44,919 bases of DNA. Origin: a virus. Position 1 is the stretch's first letter. Each line of letters starts with the position of its first letter. The notes under the pieces were generated by a model. It was given only the letters and a program-made list of their open reading frames with translations, was not told where the DNA came from and did not search any database. The stretch covers positions 1-44,919 of IMG/VR virus record IMGVR_UViG_3300020202_000030; one strand, written 5' to 3'. Shown here piece by piece: positions 16,684 to 25,492 of the stretch. The position numbers and the translations under genes are program-made.

Positions 16684-16855
16684 TACAGGTCATTACACAT
16701 GGAAAGTTGTCTCTAAAAACATTTTTAGTGACGAAGATTTAGAAAAATGGCTTCAAGAGATGAGCGAAAAATACATTTTTTATCAATTAAAACTATATGA
16801 AGATAGATCGGTTAGATTGATATGCAGAGAATGGGTGTTGGATGTCAATCGCTAA
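16658..16855 (+). CDS. Hypothetical protein, 59-65 aa
   Basis: Track ORF. Start uncertain: TTG at 16658 or ATG at 16676. Confidence 0.35.
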   Translation: MKGLLRMLNTGHYTWKVVSKNIFSDEDLEKWLQEMSEKYIFYQLKLYEDRSVRLICREWVLDVNR

Positions 16856-17279
16856 ACAACTTCAAGAAGTAGTTCCATTCTTTATCCAAGACTGTCCTCT
16901 ATGCGGTCGCTCGAATCGGATAGTAGTGAAGGGTATCTACCGCAAAGACGATAAGTCGCCGATTGAATTCTATCCAGACATGGGCTACTCATTCTGCAAC
17001 TGTAAAGCGATCTTCTACACACGGCCTGAGAATGTGACTGATCCAGTGAGTTATGAGCCTGATGAGAATGGGATTATCACTTTACCGGACCCATTCTTTG
17101 CTTGGCCTAATCCCTATGACTTCCTTTACTGGAATGTCCGTAAGTACGAGATCATCTGGGACATGCACTCCTTAGTGAATCACCTTAAGGACATGGGTTA
17201 CGAGGTGATCTCATACTGGCGCGATTTTGATTTGGATTCTAAAACTCCCCAACACTTTCACATAAAGGTTAAGCAATGA
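16842..17279 (+). CDS. Zinc-ribbon protein, 145 aa
   Basis: CPLC...CNC resembles the N-terminus (CPNC...CSC) of the methyltransferase at 19534. Confidence 0.5.
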   Translation: MSIAKQLQEVVPFFIQDCPLCGRSNRIVVKGIYRKDDKSPIEFYPDMGYSFCNCKAIFYTRPENVTDPVSYEPDENGIITLPDPFFAWPNPYDFLYWNVRKYEIIWDMHSLVNHLKDMGYEVISYWRDFDLDSKTPQHFHIKVKQ

Positions 17280-17776
17280 GGCCAACAATAGTAGAGGTTA
17301 AGAAACTATTTGGAGACAAGCCAATCATAGGAGCAGAGATAGGGGTCAATACTGGGGCAAATGCAGGGGATATTCTTAGTTACTTACCCAACTTAACGAT
17401 GCTTCATCTAGTTGACGCATGGAAAGCCAATGAGGACTACCAAGATCAAGGTCTACAGGATCAGTGCTTAGCAATGGTGAAGAAGAGATTCGAGACCGAT
17501 AAAAGGTGCCTCATTATGCACATGCCGTCAGTAGAAGCTGCCCGGTTTATACCAGATAACTCACTCGATTTCGTCTACATAGATGCTGAGCATAGATACT
17601 TTGGGATTAGGGCTGACATTGATGCTTGGCTTCCTAAGGTTAAGAAGGGCGGAATCATCGGGGGACATGATTATGATTACCCGATAAGACCAGGAGTGAA
17701 AGAAGCAGTCGATGAGGTGTTTGGAAACCGGGTTAACTTGCATGACTCTCAAAACGATTGGTGGGTGTACCTGTGA
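17276..17776 (+). CDS. Class I SAM-dependent methyltransferase (Methyltransf_24-like)
   Basis: GAEIGVNTGANAG motif I, and FVYIDAEHRY...WLPKVKKGGIIGGHDY typical of this family. ATGA coupling. Confidence 0.7.
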   Translation: MRPTIVEVKKLFGDKPIIGAEIGVNTGANAGDILSYLPNLTMLHLVDAWKANEDYQDQGLQDQCLAMVKKRFETDKRCLIMHMPSVEAARFIPDNSLDFVYIDAEHRYFGIRADIDAWLPKVKKGGIIGGHDYDYPIRPGVKEAVDEVFGNRVNLHDSQNDWWVYL

Positions 17777-18555
17777 AGAAAATATGCGTCATTATTCCGA
17801 TGTTTGGTAAAGCTGAGCTGACTAAGAGGTGTATCCAGTTTGTTAGGGAGAATGCTGGGGTAGATCATCACATATTGGTAGTAGATGATGGATCGCCTGA
17901 GCCTTTCTATGACCCATATACGGAGACTCTAAGACTTGAGAAGAATACCGGCTTCACCAATGCTGTTAATCAAGGCATCCTTCACTGCGGGGACTACTTT
18001 GATTACATCCACTTACTTAATAACGATACTGAGCCTCAGAAAGACTTCCTTAAAATTCTCTACGAAGCTATGGAGGCTCAGCCTGTTATAGGAATAGCTG
18101 CATCGGCCAGAATCTTAGACACTGATAGTCCACACAAAATTGAACTATACGGAGTTGACCTGATCCGTGGCTATCAGCAGTGTACCAATGGGAATGTCCC
18201 TAATGACATCTTCTATACCCACTGGGTTCCTTTGTGTTCGGCTCTCCTTCGGCACGAAATGATTCGCTACATAGGGCTACTTGATCGCCGTATGAAGATA
18301 TGGTGTTCCGATAATGACTACTGTATTAGGGCCAATTTCAATGGCTACAACGTTGCGTTACTAATGAAATCTAAAGTTAAGCACATTCACGCAGCGACTA
18401 CTAAGACGGTAAAAACCATCACACCAGAAGATGACCAGCGCGTATTGATTGAGAAGATGGCAGGTATGCAGTACGCAGACTTGATGAAGAGACTGCCACT
18501 GGATGCAGAACAAAACACTTGGGGGAAAATTGAATTCACGGTGTATCAGAAATGA
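17773..18555 (+). CDS. Glycosyltransferase family 2
   Basis: CVIIPMFG...ILVVDDGSPEP and LLNNDTE motifs. The GTG at 17773 overlaps the upstream stop (GTGA); the track start is 17758. Confidence 0.8.
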   Translation: MKKICVIIPMFGKAELTKRCIQFVRENAGVDHHILVVDDGSPEPFYDPYTETLRLEKNTGFTNAVNQGILHCGDYFDYIHLLNNDTEPQKDFLKILYEAMEAQPVIGIAASARILDTDSPHKIELYGVDLIRGYQQCTNGNVPNDIFYTHWVPLCSALLRHEMIRYIGLLDRRMKIWCSDNDYCIRANFNGYNVALLMKSKVKHIHAATTKTVKTITPEDDQRVLIEKMAGMQYADLMKRLPLDAEQNTWGKIEFTVYQK

Positions 18556-19547
18556 ATAACAGAGTCCTGATAGTTCGTCTTGGCGCTTACGGCGACGTTA
18601 TTATTACGACACCTTTAGTTCGCAAACTCCACGAAGACGCGATGGACATTATATACCTCACTTCCGAACGTGGGATGGAAGTGTTAAAGGGTAGTCCCTA
18701 TATAAAGAAGCTTATCCTGCATCCCAAGGATTCAGTCCCTATTGAGAAGCTTGGCGACCACATCAAGCAGATCGCTAAGAAGCATCAGTGCGAGCGGATA
18801 ATTGATCTTTGTGAATCGATTGAAGTGGCGCTAAGTCTCCATCCGAGATCACCTGAATATAATCTCCCTAAATATGAGCGCAGAGCCAAGTTTGAACGCA
18901 ACTTTTATGAGTACACTTTTGAGTTTGCCAAAGAGGATCACTATGGGGCGTTACTACCGGACCTCTTCTTTGATGATAAGGAGACTAAGGAGGCTCAATC
19001 ATATCTCAAGCCTGGATTCAATCTCCTAGTAGGCATGAGTGGAAGCGGGACAAATAAGACTTATCCTTGGACTGAGGCTCTATGCGGCACCATTATGAAA
19101 GAGTTTGGAGATAAGGTTCACATAATCACAGTAGGGGATGAGAGGTGCCAAATAATTGAGCCAATTGGTCCCACTATCACCAATCTCTCAGGCAAGATAC
19201 CAATGAGAATAGCCATGTGCTTAACGGGACTGGTAGACTGCGTAATCTCTCCTGACACTGGCCTACTGCATGCCGCCGGGTGCTACCAAACTCCTAAGAT
19301 CGGCCTCCTGGGTCACAACACTAAGGAGGTCATCACTAAACACTTCCTTAACGACTACTCAGTTGAGTCCGATGAAAATCTAGCTGAGTGTTCCCCGTGT
19401 TTTCGTCTCATCTACAGCATGAAACTCCAGTGTCCGATTGATCCTAATACTGGGGGTGCGTACTGCATGAGTAAAGGGATTCGGCCTGAGTTAGTTTATG
19501 AGAAATTTAAACAAGTCTATGAGAAGGTGAAAAGTGATAAATCCTAA
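18552..19547 (+). CDS. Glycosyltransferase family 9 (heptosyltransferase-like), copy 2
   Basis: VLIVRLGAYGDVIITTPL, PDTGLLHAAGCYQTP and a CSPC...C...C tail. ATGA coupling. Confidence 0.75.
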   Translation: MNNRVLIVRLGAYGDVIITTPLVRKLHEDAMDIIYLTSERGMEVLKGSPYIKKLILHPKDSVPIEKLGDHIKQIAKKHQCERIIDLCESIEVALSLHPRSPEYNLPKYERRAKFERNFYEYTFEFAKEDHYGALLPDLFFDDKETKEAQSYLKPGFNLLVGMSGSGTNKTYPWTEALCGTIMKEFGDKVHIITVGDERCQIIEPIGPTITNLSGKIPMRIAMCLTGLVDCVISPDTGLLHAAGCYQTPKIGLLGHNTKEVITKHFLNDYSVESDENLAECSPCFRLIYSMKLQCPIDPNTGGAYCMSKGIRPELVYEKFKQVYEKVKSDKS

Positions 19548-20304
19548 GAAAGAGGCTACTCAAATAGTCGATAACAAAGTTGAGATAGCTGTGTGTCCAA
19601 ACTGTGAGTCTGTTACTACTCACATGTACTTTATGCAAGACGCCGCTACCAAGCAGCAGTCTAAGTGGTACTCATGCTCATGTGGGATAGTTTGGCAAGC
19701 TCATTACAAAGGATGCGTGTATGACCAAGCTTATCTCGATAACTTACCCACTGGCAGTAAATATGACACTGCTCTTAAAGCCATCCCCAAAATAATCGCG
19801 CCTCTCGCTGAAGAGATGATGTACGGACGCAAAATGTTAATGATAGGCCATTATCCGTCTCAAATAGAAGAGTTTAAACGTAGGGGATGGGTCACTTTTT
19901 CCATTGATAAGAATACCGCCTACACAACTTCTGAGCGCATGATCGCCGCAGACTTTGAGACATTCCAGTTCGCTGAAGACGAGAAATACTCAATGATTTG
20001 GGCTTATCATGTTATCGAAAGTTTTAACAATCCCTTTGAATCCTTAAAAAAAGCATTCTCTCTTCTTGCTGAAGATGGTATAATTTTCATAGGAACACCT
20101 GATTCGGATTTCCTCTATACCAGAGGCCCAGCAGGGTTCGTCCACTGGAAACGTGATTACAATCACATCCTTTGGAATCGCAAGTCTCTAACATCCTACC
20201 TAGAAAAACTAGGCTTCAATGTGGTTCTGGCACGTAAGAACTATGAGCCTAGATTTCCATTTACTGATGATATCTGGCTCTTAGCCCAAAAACGATTTTA
20301 TTGA
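19534..20304 (+). CDS. Zinc-ribbon-fused SAM-dependent methyltransferase-like protein
   Basis: N-terminal CPNC...CSC, then an MLMIGHYPS ... LAEDGIIFIGTPD pattern of class I MTases. Weaker match than the other two. Confidence 0.6.
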   Translation: MINPKKEATQIVDNKVEIAVCPNCESVTTHMYFMQDAATKQQSKWYSCSCGIVWQAHYKGCVYDQAYLDNLPTGSKYDTALKAIPKIIAPLAEEMMYGRKMLMIGHYPSQIEEFKRRGWVTFSIDKNTAYTTSERMIAADFETFQFAEDEKYSMIWAYHVIESFNNPFESLKKAFSLLAEDGIIFIGTPDSDFLYTRGPAGFVHWKRDYNHILWNRKSLTSYLEKLGFNVVLARKNYEPRFPFTDDIWLLAQKRFY

Positions 20305-20319
20305 GCTAGGAGGTTTCAA

Positions 20320-20769
20320 ATGGCTACCAAAACCGTGACTATAGACACGGGTGAATGGGCCTATCCTGACGTTTACGGTATTACTCACCTTGTAACAAAT
20401 GCCCAAACTTTCACTTTCGAACTCACCGATGGCGGCGCTTCCGCTGTTACTTACCAGCAAGATTTAGCTAAATCAGTTACCACGACTGATGGTCTACGTA
20501 TACACATGCGTCCTCAGGCAAGACCTGCTTCTGGAACAGCTGGAAACGAGCGTCGCACTTGGGGTCCCACGGCTGACGCCCAAGACAACACGACTATTTA
20601 CTCACAAGCTGGTGAGTTTGTAACCGAGTGTCCGGTGACTGGGATTATCCAATACTGGAAGCCAGCTACTATTAATGTCAATAACGTTGATGCTCCGACG
20701 GCTATCACAGCCACGTTTGAAGACCAGTACGGTAACTCGTTCACCTGGACTAACGTAACTATTTCGTAA
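20320..20769 (+). CDS. Small T-rich virion-module protein, 149 aa
   Basis: AGGAGG SD. Beta-rich and Thr-rich. First gene after the transferase block. Confidence 0.6.
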   Translation: MATKTVTIDTGEWAYPDVYGITHLVTNAQTFTFELTDGGASAVTYQQDLAKSVTTTDGLRIHMRPQARPASGTAGNERRTWGPTADAQDNTTIYSQAGEFVTECPVTGIIQYWKPATINVNNVDAPTAITATFEDQYGNSFTWTNVTIS

Positions 20770-21770
20770 TGACCAACGATACGTATAAACGTATTCAGGT
20801 TCGTGCTCAAGCGATGGTGCAAAACACCAGCACATCGACTTCGAATGCGAATGATTTATTGCCCAAGGTTAAGGACTGGTGCCGTTCTCGTTATGACAGG
20901 ATTTTACGTGCTTTTCCTTGGGCTGAGCTGAATCGTTCTTATAGCTTATCTGTTACAGCCTCCACTCGTGATTATGCCTTAAGATACGATCTCGATTCCA
21001 TCATCAAGATATGGGATACAACTAATGGGAAAGAGATAACAGCTCAGGATATAAGAGATCACATTAGATTCACCGCACCAGTCCTTGAAGTCGCTGGTAA
21101 TGTTCTCACGGGGAACCCCGACGAATACATCGAAATAGGTTCCAAATCAGTTTCCGCTCTCCTGTCCACCGCCGATAGAGTCCAAGTCCTATCCTCATCC
21201 GCCTCAGATATCACGCCTAAGGTCATCAGAATAACTGGAGAGGTGAGCGGAATTGCTGTTTCAGAGACTATTACGTTAACTGGGACGACTGCCGCTGATT
21301 CCACCAATACCTTTGATTCAGGTGCTGAGCTTACCATCTCGGCTGGCACCTCCGACGGCACACTATCCGATTTAGCTGGAGTAGTAACGGTCCGTGAGAA
21401 GACAACCACATCGAACGTTCTTTGCAAAATAGCCCCCGAAGAACGCGCTCCTCTCTTCAAATGGATTCGTTTGTCTCCTACTCCAGCGTCAGCAATTACT
21501 GCACAAGTTTGGTACAAGCGGAAATGGAAACCACTCAACGATAACAATGATGTTCCGATTATCCCATGTGCCAATGAAATTGTTGAGGGAGTAGTTGCTG
21601 ATGCTCTTTGGGAGGACGGTCAGGAAGCAGCGGCGCAAGCTCAAGAGTCTAAGTTTTCTAACTTAGTGACTGAGCTTTGGATCAGTCGGCGTCCCAGAAA
21701 CTTAATTAAGCAAGTAGTCCCTGACAACATCGACCAAGACTTCACTAATGACAGGATTTTCTACGGTTAA
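20769..21770 (+). CDS. Putative head-tail adaptor / tail tubular A-like protein
   Basis: 333 aa. TAATG coupling. Function assigned from position only. Confidence 0.5.
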   Translation: MTNDTYKRIQVRAQAMVQNTSTSTSNANDLLPKVKDWCRSRYDRILRAFPWAELNRSYSLSVTASTRDYALRYDLDSIIKIWDTTNGKEITAQDIRDHIRFTAPVLEVAGNVLTGNPDEYIEIGSKSVSALLSTADRVQVLSSSASDITPKVIRITGEVSGIAVSETITLTGTTAADSTNTFDSGAELTISAGTSDGTLSDLAGVVTVREKTTTSNVLCKIAPEERAPLFKWIRLSPTPASAITAQVWYKRKWKPLNDNNDVPIIPCANEIVEGVVADALWEDGQEAAAQAQESKFSNLVTELWISRRPRNLIKQVVPDNIDQDFTNDRIFYG

Positions 21771-23938
21771 TGCCTCTACTTACTGCGAATAGAGTTAAGG
21801 AGCGGGTAGCCGATCTCTCAGGAGGTCAAAACAGTGGTGCTGAGCCGTCAGCTCTACTTCCGAACCAAGCTGAGTTACTTGAAAACTGTATTATCACCAA
21901 AAAAGGTAAGTGTGAGCAGCGAAAAGGACTGACGAGATTAGGGGACAATCCTGACACTCTGATCTCTCTATGGACATTCGACGCATCAGACGCAACCGAT
22001 GATAAGGGGTCAAACGATGGAACAGCAACCGCAATCACCTATGTCGCGGGAAAGTTTGGAAAGTGCGCGTCGTTTAACGGCACAACTTCGTCTATTTCAG
22101 TCCCGGCAAGTTCCACGATTAACGTTAACAGCATGGGGGCTTTTAGAATATCCGCATGGATATATGCGGACTCTGATGGAGAAAACGATGAGGGGAGAAT
22201 CGTTGACAAGTTCTCAGGCTCTAGTACGGGATATCGTCTATTCGTGCATAGTCAGTCGGGCAGCACTGTTAAATTAGACTTTGAAGTTGGTCATGCTACT
22301 ACTAATACGAGAGTAATAACCTCAACCACTCTTACGACAGGTGCTTGGCACAAGGTCGATGCTGTTTATAACTCAGATAAATCAGGGGACATTTACATCA
22401 ATGGAGCGATTGCTACTTACTCAACAGATACCACCGGAGTGGATGCGGTATCGAACGACAGTGCTGTTGCCCTATATATAGGAAACAACTCCGCTGGCAC
22501 AAGGACATTCAATGGTGAGATTGATGATGTCCGTATATATGACGGCTCCTTTACCGCCGATGATGTTGAGATTAAAAAGATTCTTGGCATTACTCATTTC
22601 TCAGTGGGCGGCACCCTCGACACTATTATCCGCGCAAAAGACACTCAGATTCAACGTTTGTCCTCAGACTTTAAAGAATGGACTAACATAACCGGCCTCA
22701 CTTCATTAACCACTGGTCTCACTACCAACTTTGTTCAGGCGAATGATAAGTTATTCGTCCTTAATGGCACTGATAATGTTTTCTCAATTGATTCTGCACT
22801 CTCAGTAACAGATGAGGGCAATACCAACAGTGATCCTCCTAAAACAACTTTCGGGGAATGGGCTTCCAATAACCGGTTATTCCTCTCAGGCTCCCTAACA
22901 GACTCCGAACGTGATGATGTCTGGTTCTCAGACTCTCTAGCGCCGCAGACATTCAATCGCTCTACGAACAAGTTTCAGGTTGCGAAGGGTCGCGGCGGCA
23001 AGGTGAGCTGGCTCAAGATGTTTAAAGAGTTTGAGCTGATTATCTACAAAGATACCAATATTTATGTTCTTAACATGGACGGTAGCACGCCACTGACAGA
23101 TTGGGATATCAAACCACTATCAATCGCTATCGGTTGTCCGGCTGGCCGCACTGTTCAGGATATTGGCAACGATCACATCTTTCTCGCTAATGACGGGGTT
23201 AGGCTTCTTTCGCGCACCACTTTCGATAAGCTTCGTGTTGGTGTCATCTCTGAACCTATTCAGGACATTATGGATGACATTAATCAGGATGCCATTCAGC
23301 ATTCAGTTGGCTACTACGAAAACGGTCTCTATCTCCTCGGTGTTCCAGTAGGCACATCCACTATCCCTAATCGCTGGATGATATGGGACTCAATCGCTGC
23401 TGTGCGTAATGGTGATCCTAACTCAGCTTGGACTACTATCCCTGAGGATACTTGGAACCTTGCTTGCTTAACTTCATTTGGTTTTGGGGACAACGTTAAG
23501 ACCATTGTTGGTGGAGATGCCAGAGCCTTATCACTTTGCTACAAGGTTCTGTCCGGCAATACCGACAATGGAGCCACTGTTAATCAAACTATCATCTCTC
23601 GTGAGCACAACTTTGGTGATCCGTTCATTAAGAAGATATTTGATCCCACTCAAATGGTAGCTCTAACAGGATCAGACGCCACTTACTCTTACCTCATTGA
23701 CGTTGATCGCGCTGGATTCACTCAGTTCAACACGGCTGATCTAGCTGGCTCATTACAGACGCCTTTCACGACTCCAGCGACTACTGGTGGGGCCGAGATT
23801 GAACCAGTTAACACTCGTACTAAGTTCGCAGGTAGGGGCAACTCAGTCAGAGTCAAAGTTACTAACACTACCTACAACGCTCGTCCAACTTTCTTAGAAT
23901 ACACGATTCATGCTCGTCCTTATGAAGGGAGAATGTAA
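21770..23938 (+). CDS. Large tail (nozzle / tubular B-like) protein with an N-proximal LamG/concanavalin-like domain
   Basis: 722 aa. WHKVDAVYN...GEIDDVRIYDGSFTADDV is the LamG_3 signature. The C-terminal two thirds are beta-propeller-like. Confidence 0.65.
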   Translation: MPLLTANRVKERVADLSGGQNSGAEPSALLPNQAELLENCIITKKGKCEQRKGLTRLGDNPDTLISLWTFDASDATDDKGSNDGTATAITYVAGKFGKCASFNGTTSSISVPASSTINVNSMGAFRISAWIYADSDGENDEGRIVDKFSGSSTGYRLFVHSQSGSTVKLDFEVGHATTNTRVITSTTLTTGAWHKVDAVYNSDKSGDIYINGAIATYSTDTTGVDAVSNDSAVALYIGNNSAGTRTFNGEIDDVRIYDGSFTADDVEIKKILGITHFSVGGTLDTIIRAKDTQIQRLSSDFKEWTNITGLTSLTTGLTTNFVQANDKLFVLNGTDNVFSIDSALSVTDEGNTNSDPPKTTFGEWASNNRLFLSGSLTDSERDDVWFSDSLAPQTFNRSTNKFQVAKGRGGKVSWLKMFKEFELIIYKDTNIYVLNMDGSTPLTDWDIKPLSIAIGCPAGRTVQDIGNDHIFLANDGVRLLSRTTFDKLRVGVISEPIQDIMDDINQDAIQHSVGYYENGLYLLGVPVGTSTIPNRWMIWDSIAAVRNGDPNSAWTTIPEDTWNLACLTSFGFGDNVKTIVGGDARALSLCYKVLSGNTDNGATVNQTIISREHNFGDPFIKKIFDPTQMVALTGSDATYSYLIDVDRAGFTQFNTADLAGSLQTPFTTPATTGGAEIEPVNTRTKFAGRGNSVRVKVTNTTYNARPTFLEYTIHARPYEGRM

Positions 23939-24894
23939 TGGGAATTGTTACTTTACCCAGTTTTGGAACTGATCCGGCAACGGTTAACGCCGCGAATCTT
24001 GATGGAAAGGTTGATCCTTTAGCCACAGAGTTTAATGGTGGGATTGATAACGATAATATTGCCTCCGATGCTGCCATAGCGAACTCGAAACTTAACCTTG
24101 CTTCCATCAGTCAGAACATAGCTCACTCTGGAACGATGACTCACTCAGGTGTAGTCACGATGTCTTCAAAGTCATTCGACCAGGCAAAAGGTGCGGACGT
24201 TGCCTCGGCAGCAACGACGACGATCTGGGTTACTGACGGTAATTTCATCCACATCACAGGCACTACTACTATTACGAGCTTCGGTACAGCAGCACAGGCT
24301 GGGGCTGAGCGCACAATCGTATTTGACGGCGCTCTTACTCTTACTCACAATTCGACGAGCTTAATCCTACCGGGTGGTGCAAACATCACTACTGCCGCAG
24401 GGGACAGGGCCATCGTTCGGGCTGAGACTACAGCAAATGCGAGAGTTATTAGTTACATAAAAGCTGATGGTACCGCAGTCGTATCTGTCACAGCGGCGAC
24501 TCAAGCTGAAATGGAATCTGCCTCTAGTACATCTGTCACAGTAACTCCGGGTCGTACCAAATATCACCCTGGCGTCGCTAAAGGCTGGGTGACGTTTAAT
24601 GGCACTGGAACCATCGCAGTCCTTGAGTCCCATAACCTCACTTCTATTACAGACAATGGCACTGGTGATACTACTGTGACATGGGACACTGACTTTTCTA
24701 CTGCCAATTATGCGGTTTCTGTGTGCGGAAAGATTGATACAGCAGATTCCAATTCCAACGTCCCACTCTGCGGTTTAAGAAGAGTCTCATCTAACCCGGC
24801 AGTTGGCACAGTTCGAGTAGTCAGTAACGATGATGCTGGAACCGGAATCGATGTCCAGTACGTCTCAGTCATAGCCTTTGGAGATCAAGCATGA
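23938..24894 (+). CDS. Tail fibre/spike-like protein
   Basis: 318 aa. N-terminal ...LDGKVDPLATEFNGGIDNDNIASDAAIANSKL, typical of phage fibre N-termini. T/G/A-rich remainder. Confidence 0.55.
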   Translation: MGIVTLPSFGTDPATVNAANLDGKVDPLATEFNGGIDNDNIASDAAIANSKLNLASISQNIAHSGTMTHSGVVTMSSKSFDQAKGADVASAATTTIWVTDGNFIHITGTTTITSFGTAAQAGAERTIVFDGALTLTHNSTSLILPGGANITTAAGDRAIVRAETTANARVISYIKADGTAVVSVTAATQAEMESASSTSVTVTPGRTKYHPGVAKGWVTFNGTGTIAVLESHNLTSITDNGTGDTTVTWDTDFSTANYAVSVCGKIDTADSNSNVPLCGLRRVSSNPAVGTVRVVSNDDAGTGIDVQYVSVIAFGDQA

Positions 24895-25211
24895 AGCTAA
24901 TCTATCAGAACGATGAAGGTGGTATTTCAATCGTCACTTTTGCCCCGAACTCTAAACTGAGTCCTGAGGAACAGATAGCCCGTTCAGTTCCCGCTGGTAA
25001 GAGCTTCGAGTGGGTTGAGGAGTCCGACATTCCGGCTGATAGATCGAATAGAGACTGCTGGGTGCTTGAGAATAAAAAAGTCAAAGTGGACTCGACTAAA
25101 TTAGCTCAGAAAGAGGGTAAGAAGCAGGAGATTAAGGATAAGAAGGATTCTATCCTCGCGAAGTTAGGAATCACTGAGCAAGAAGCAAAGGACTTTAAGA
25201 AACTATTTTGA
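24891..25211 (+). CDS. Hypothetical protein, 106 aa
   Basis: Track ORF with ATGA coupling. Confidence 0.5.
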   Translation: MKLIYQNDEGGISIVTFAPNSKLSPEEQIARSVPAGKSFEWVEESDIPADRSNRDCWVLENKKVKVDSTKLAQKEGKKQEIKDKKDSILAKLGITEQEAKDFKKLF

Positions 25212-25492
25212 TTACTGACATTAAGAACGATAACGGTTATGTACTTGGATACGTCGAGTGGCGTCAAGTCGGTCCTTCTGGCTTTGATGTATTTAAGGGG
25301 GAGTACATCTACCTCTGCAATCTTTGGATTCACCCCGATCATCGGGGCAAGGGACTCTTACAAGAGTTAATCGCAAAGATTCTAATGACAGCACCCGAGG
25401 CGAAATACGCCTATTTCGAGAGAGAGAAATATAACAATCGGATGTCGAAGCTCTACAAGCGCGGCTCCGTTGAAAGGGTTGTCAATGTCTAG
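25208..25492 (+). CDS. Mini GNAT-like acetyltransferase, 94 aa
   Basis: LWIHPDHRGKGLLQELIAKIL matches GNAT motif A (R-x-x-G-x-G). Very short for the fold. TTG start. Confidence 0.45.
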   Translation: MITDIKNDNGYVLGYVEWRQVGPSGFDVFKGEYIYLCNLWIHPDHRGKGLLQELIAKILMTAPEAKYAYFEREKYNNRMSKLYKRGSVERVVNV

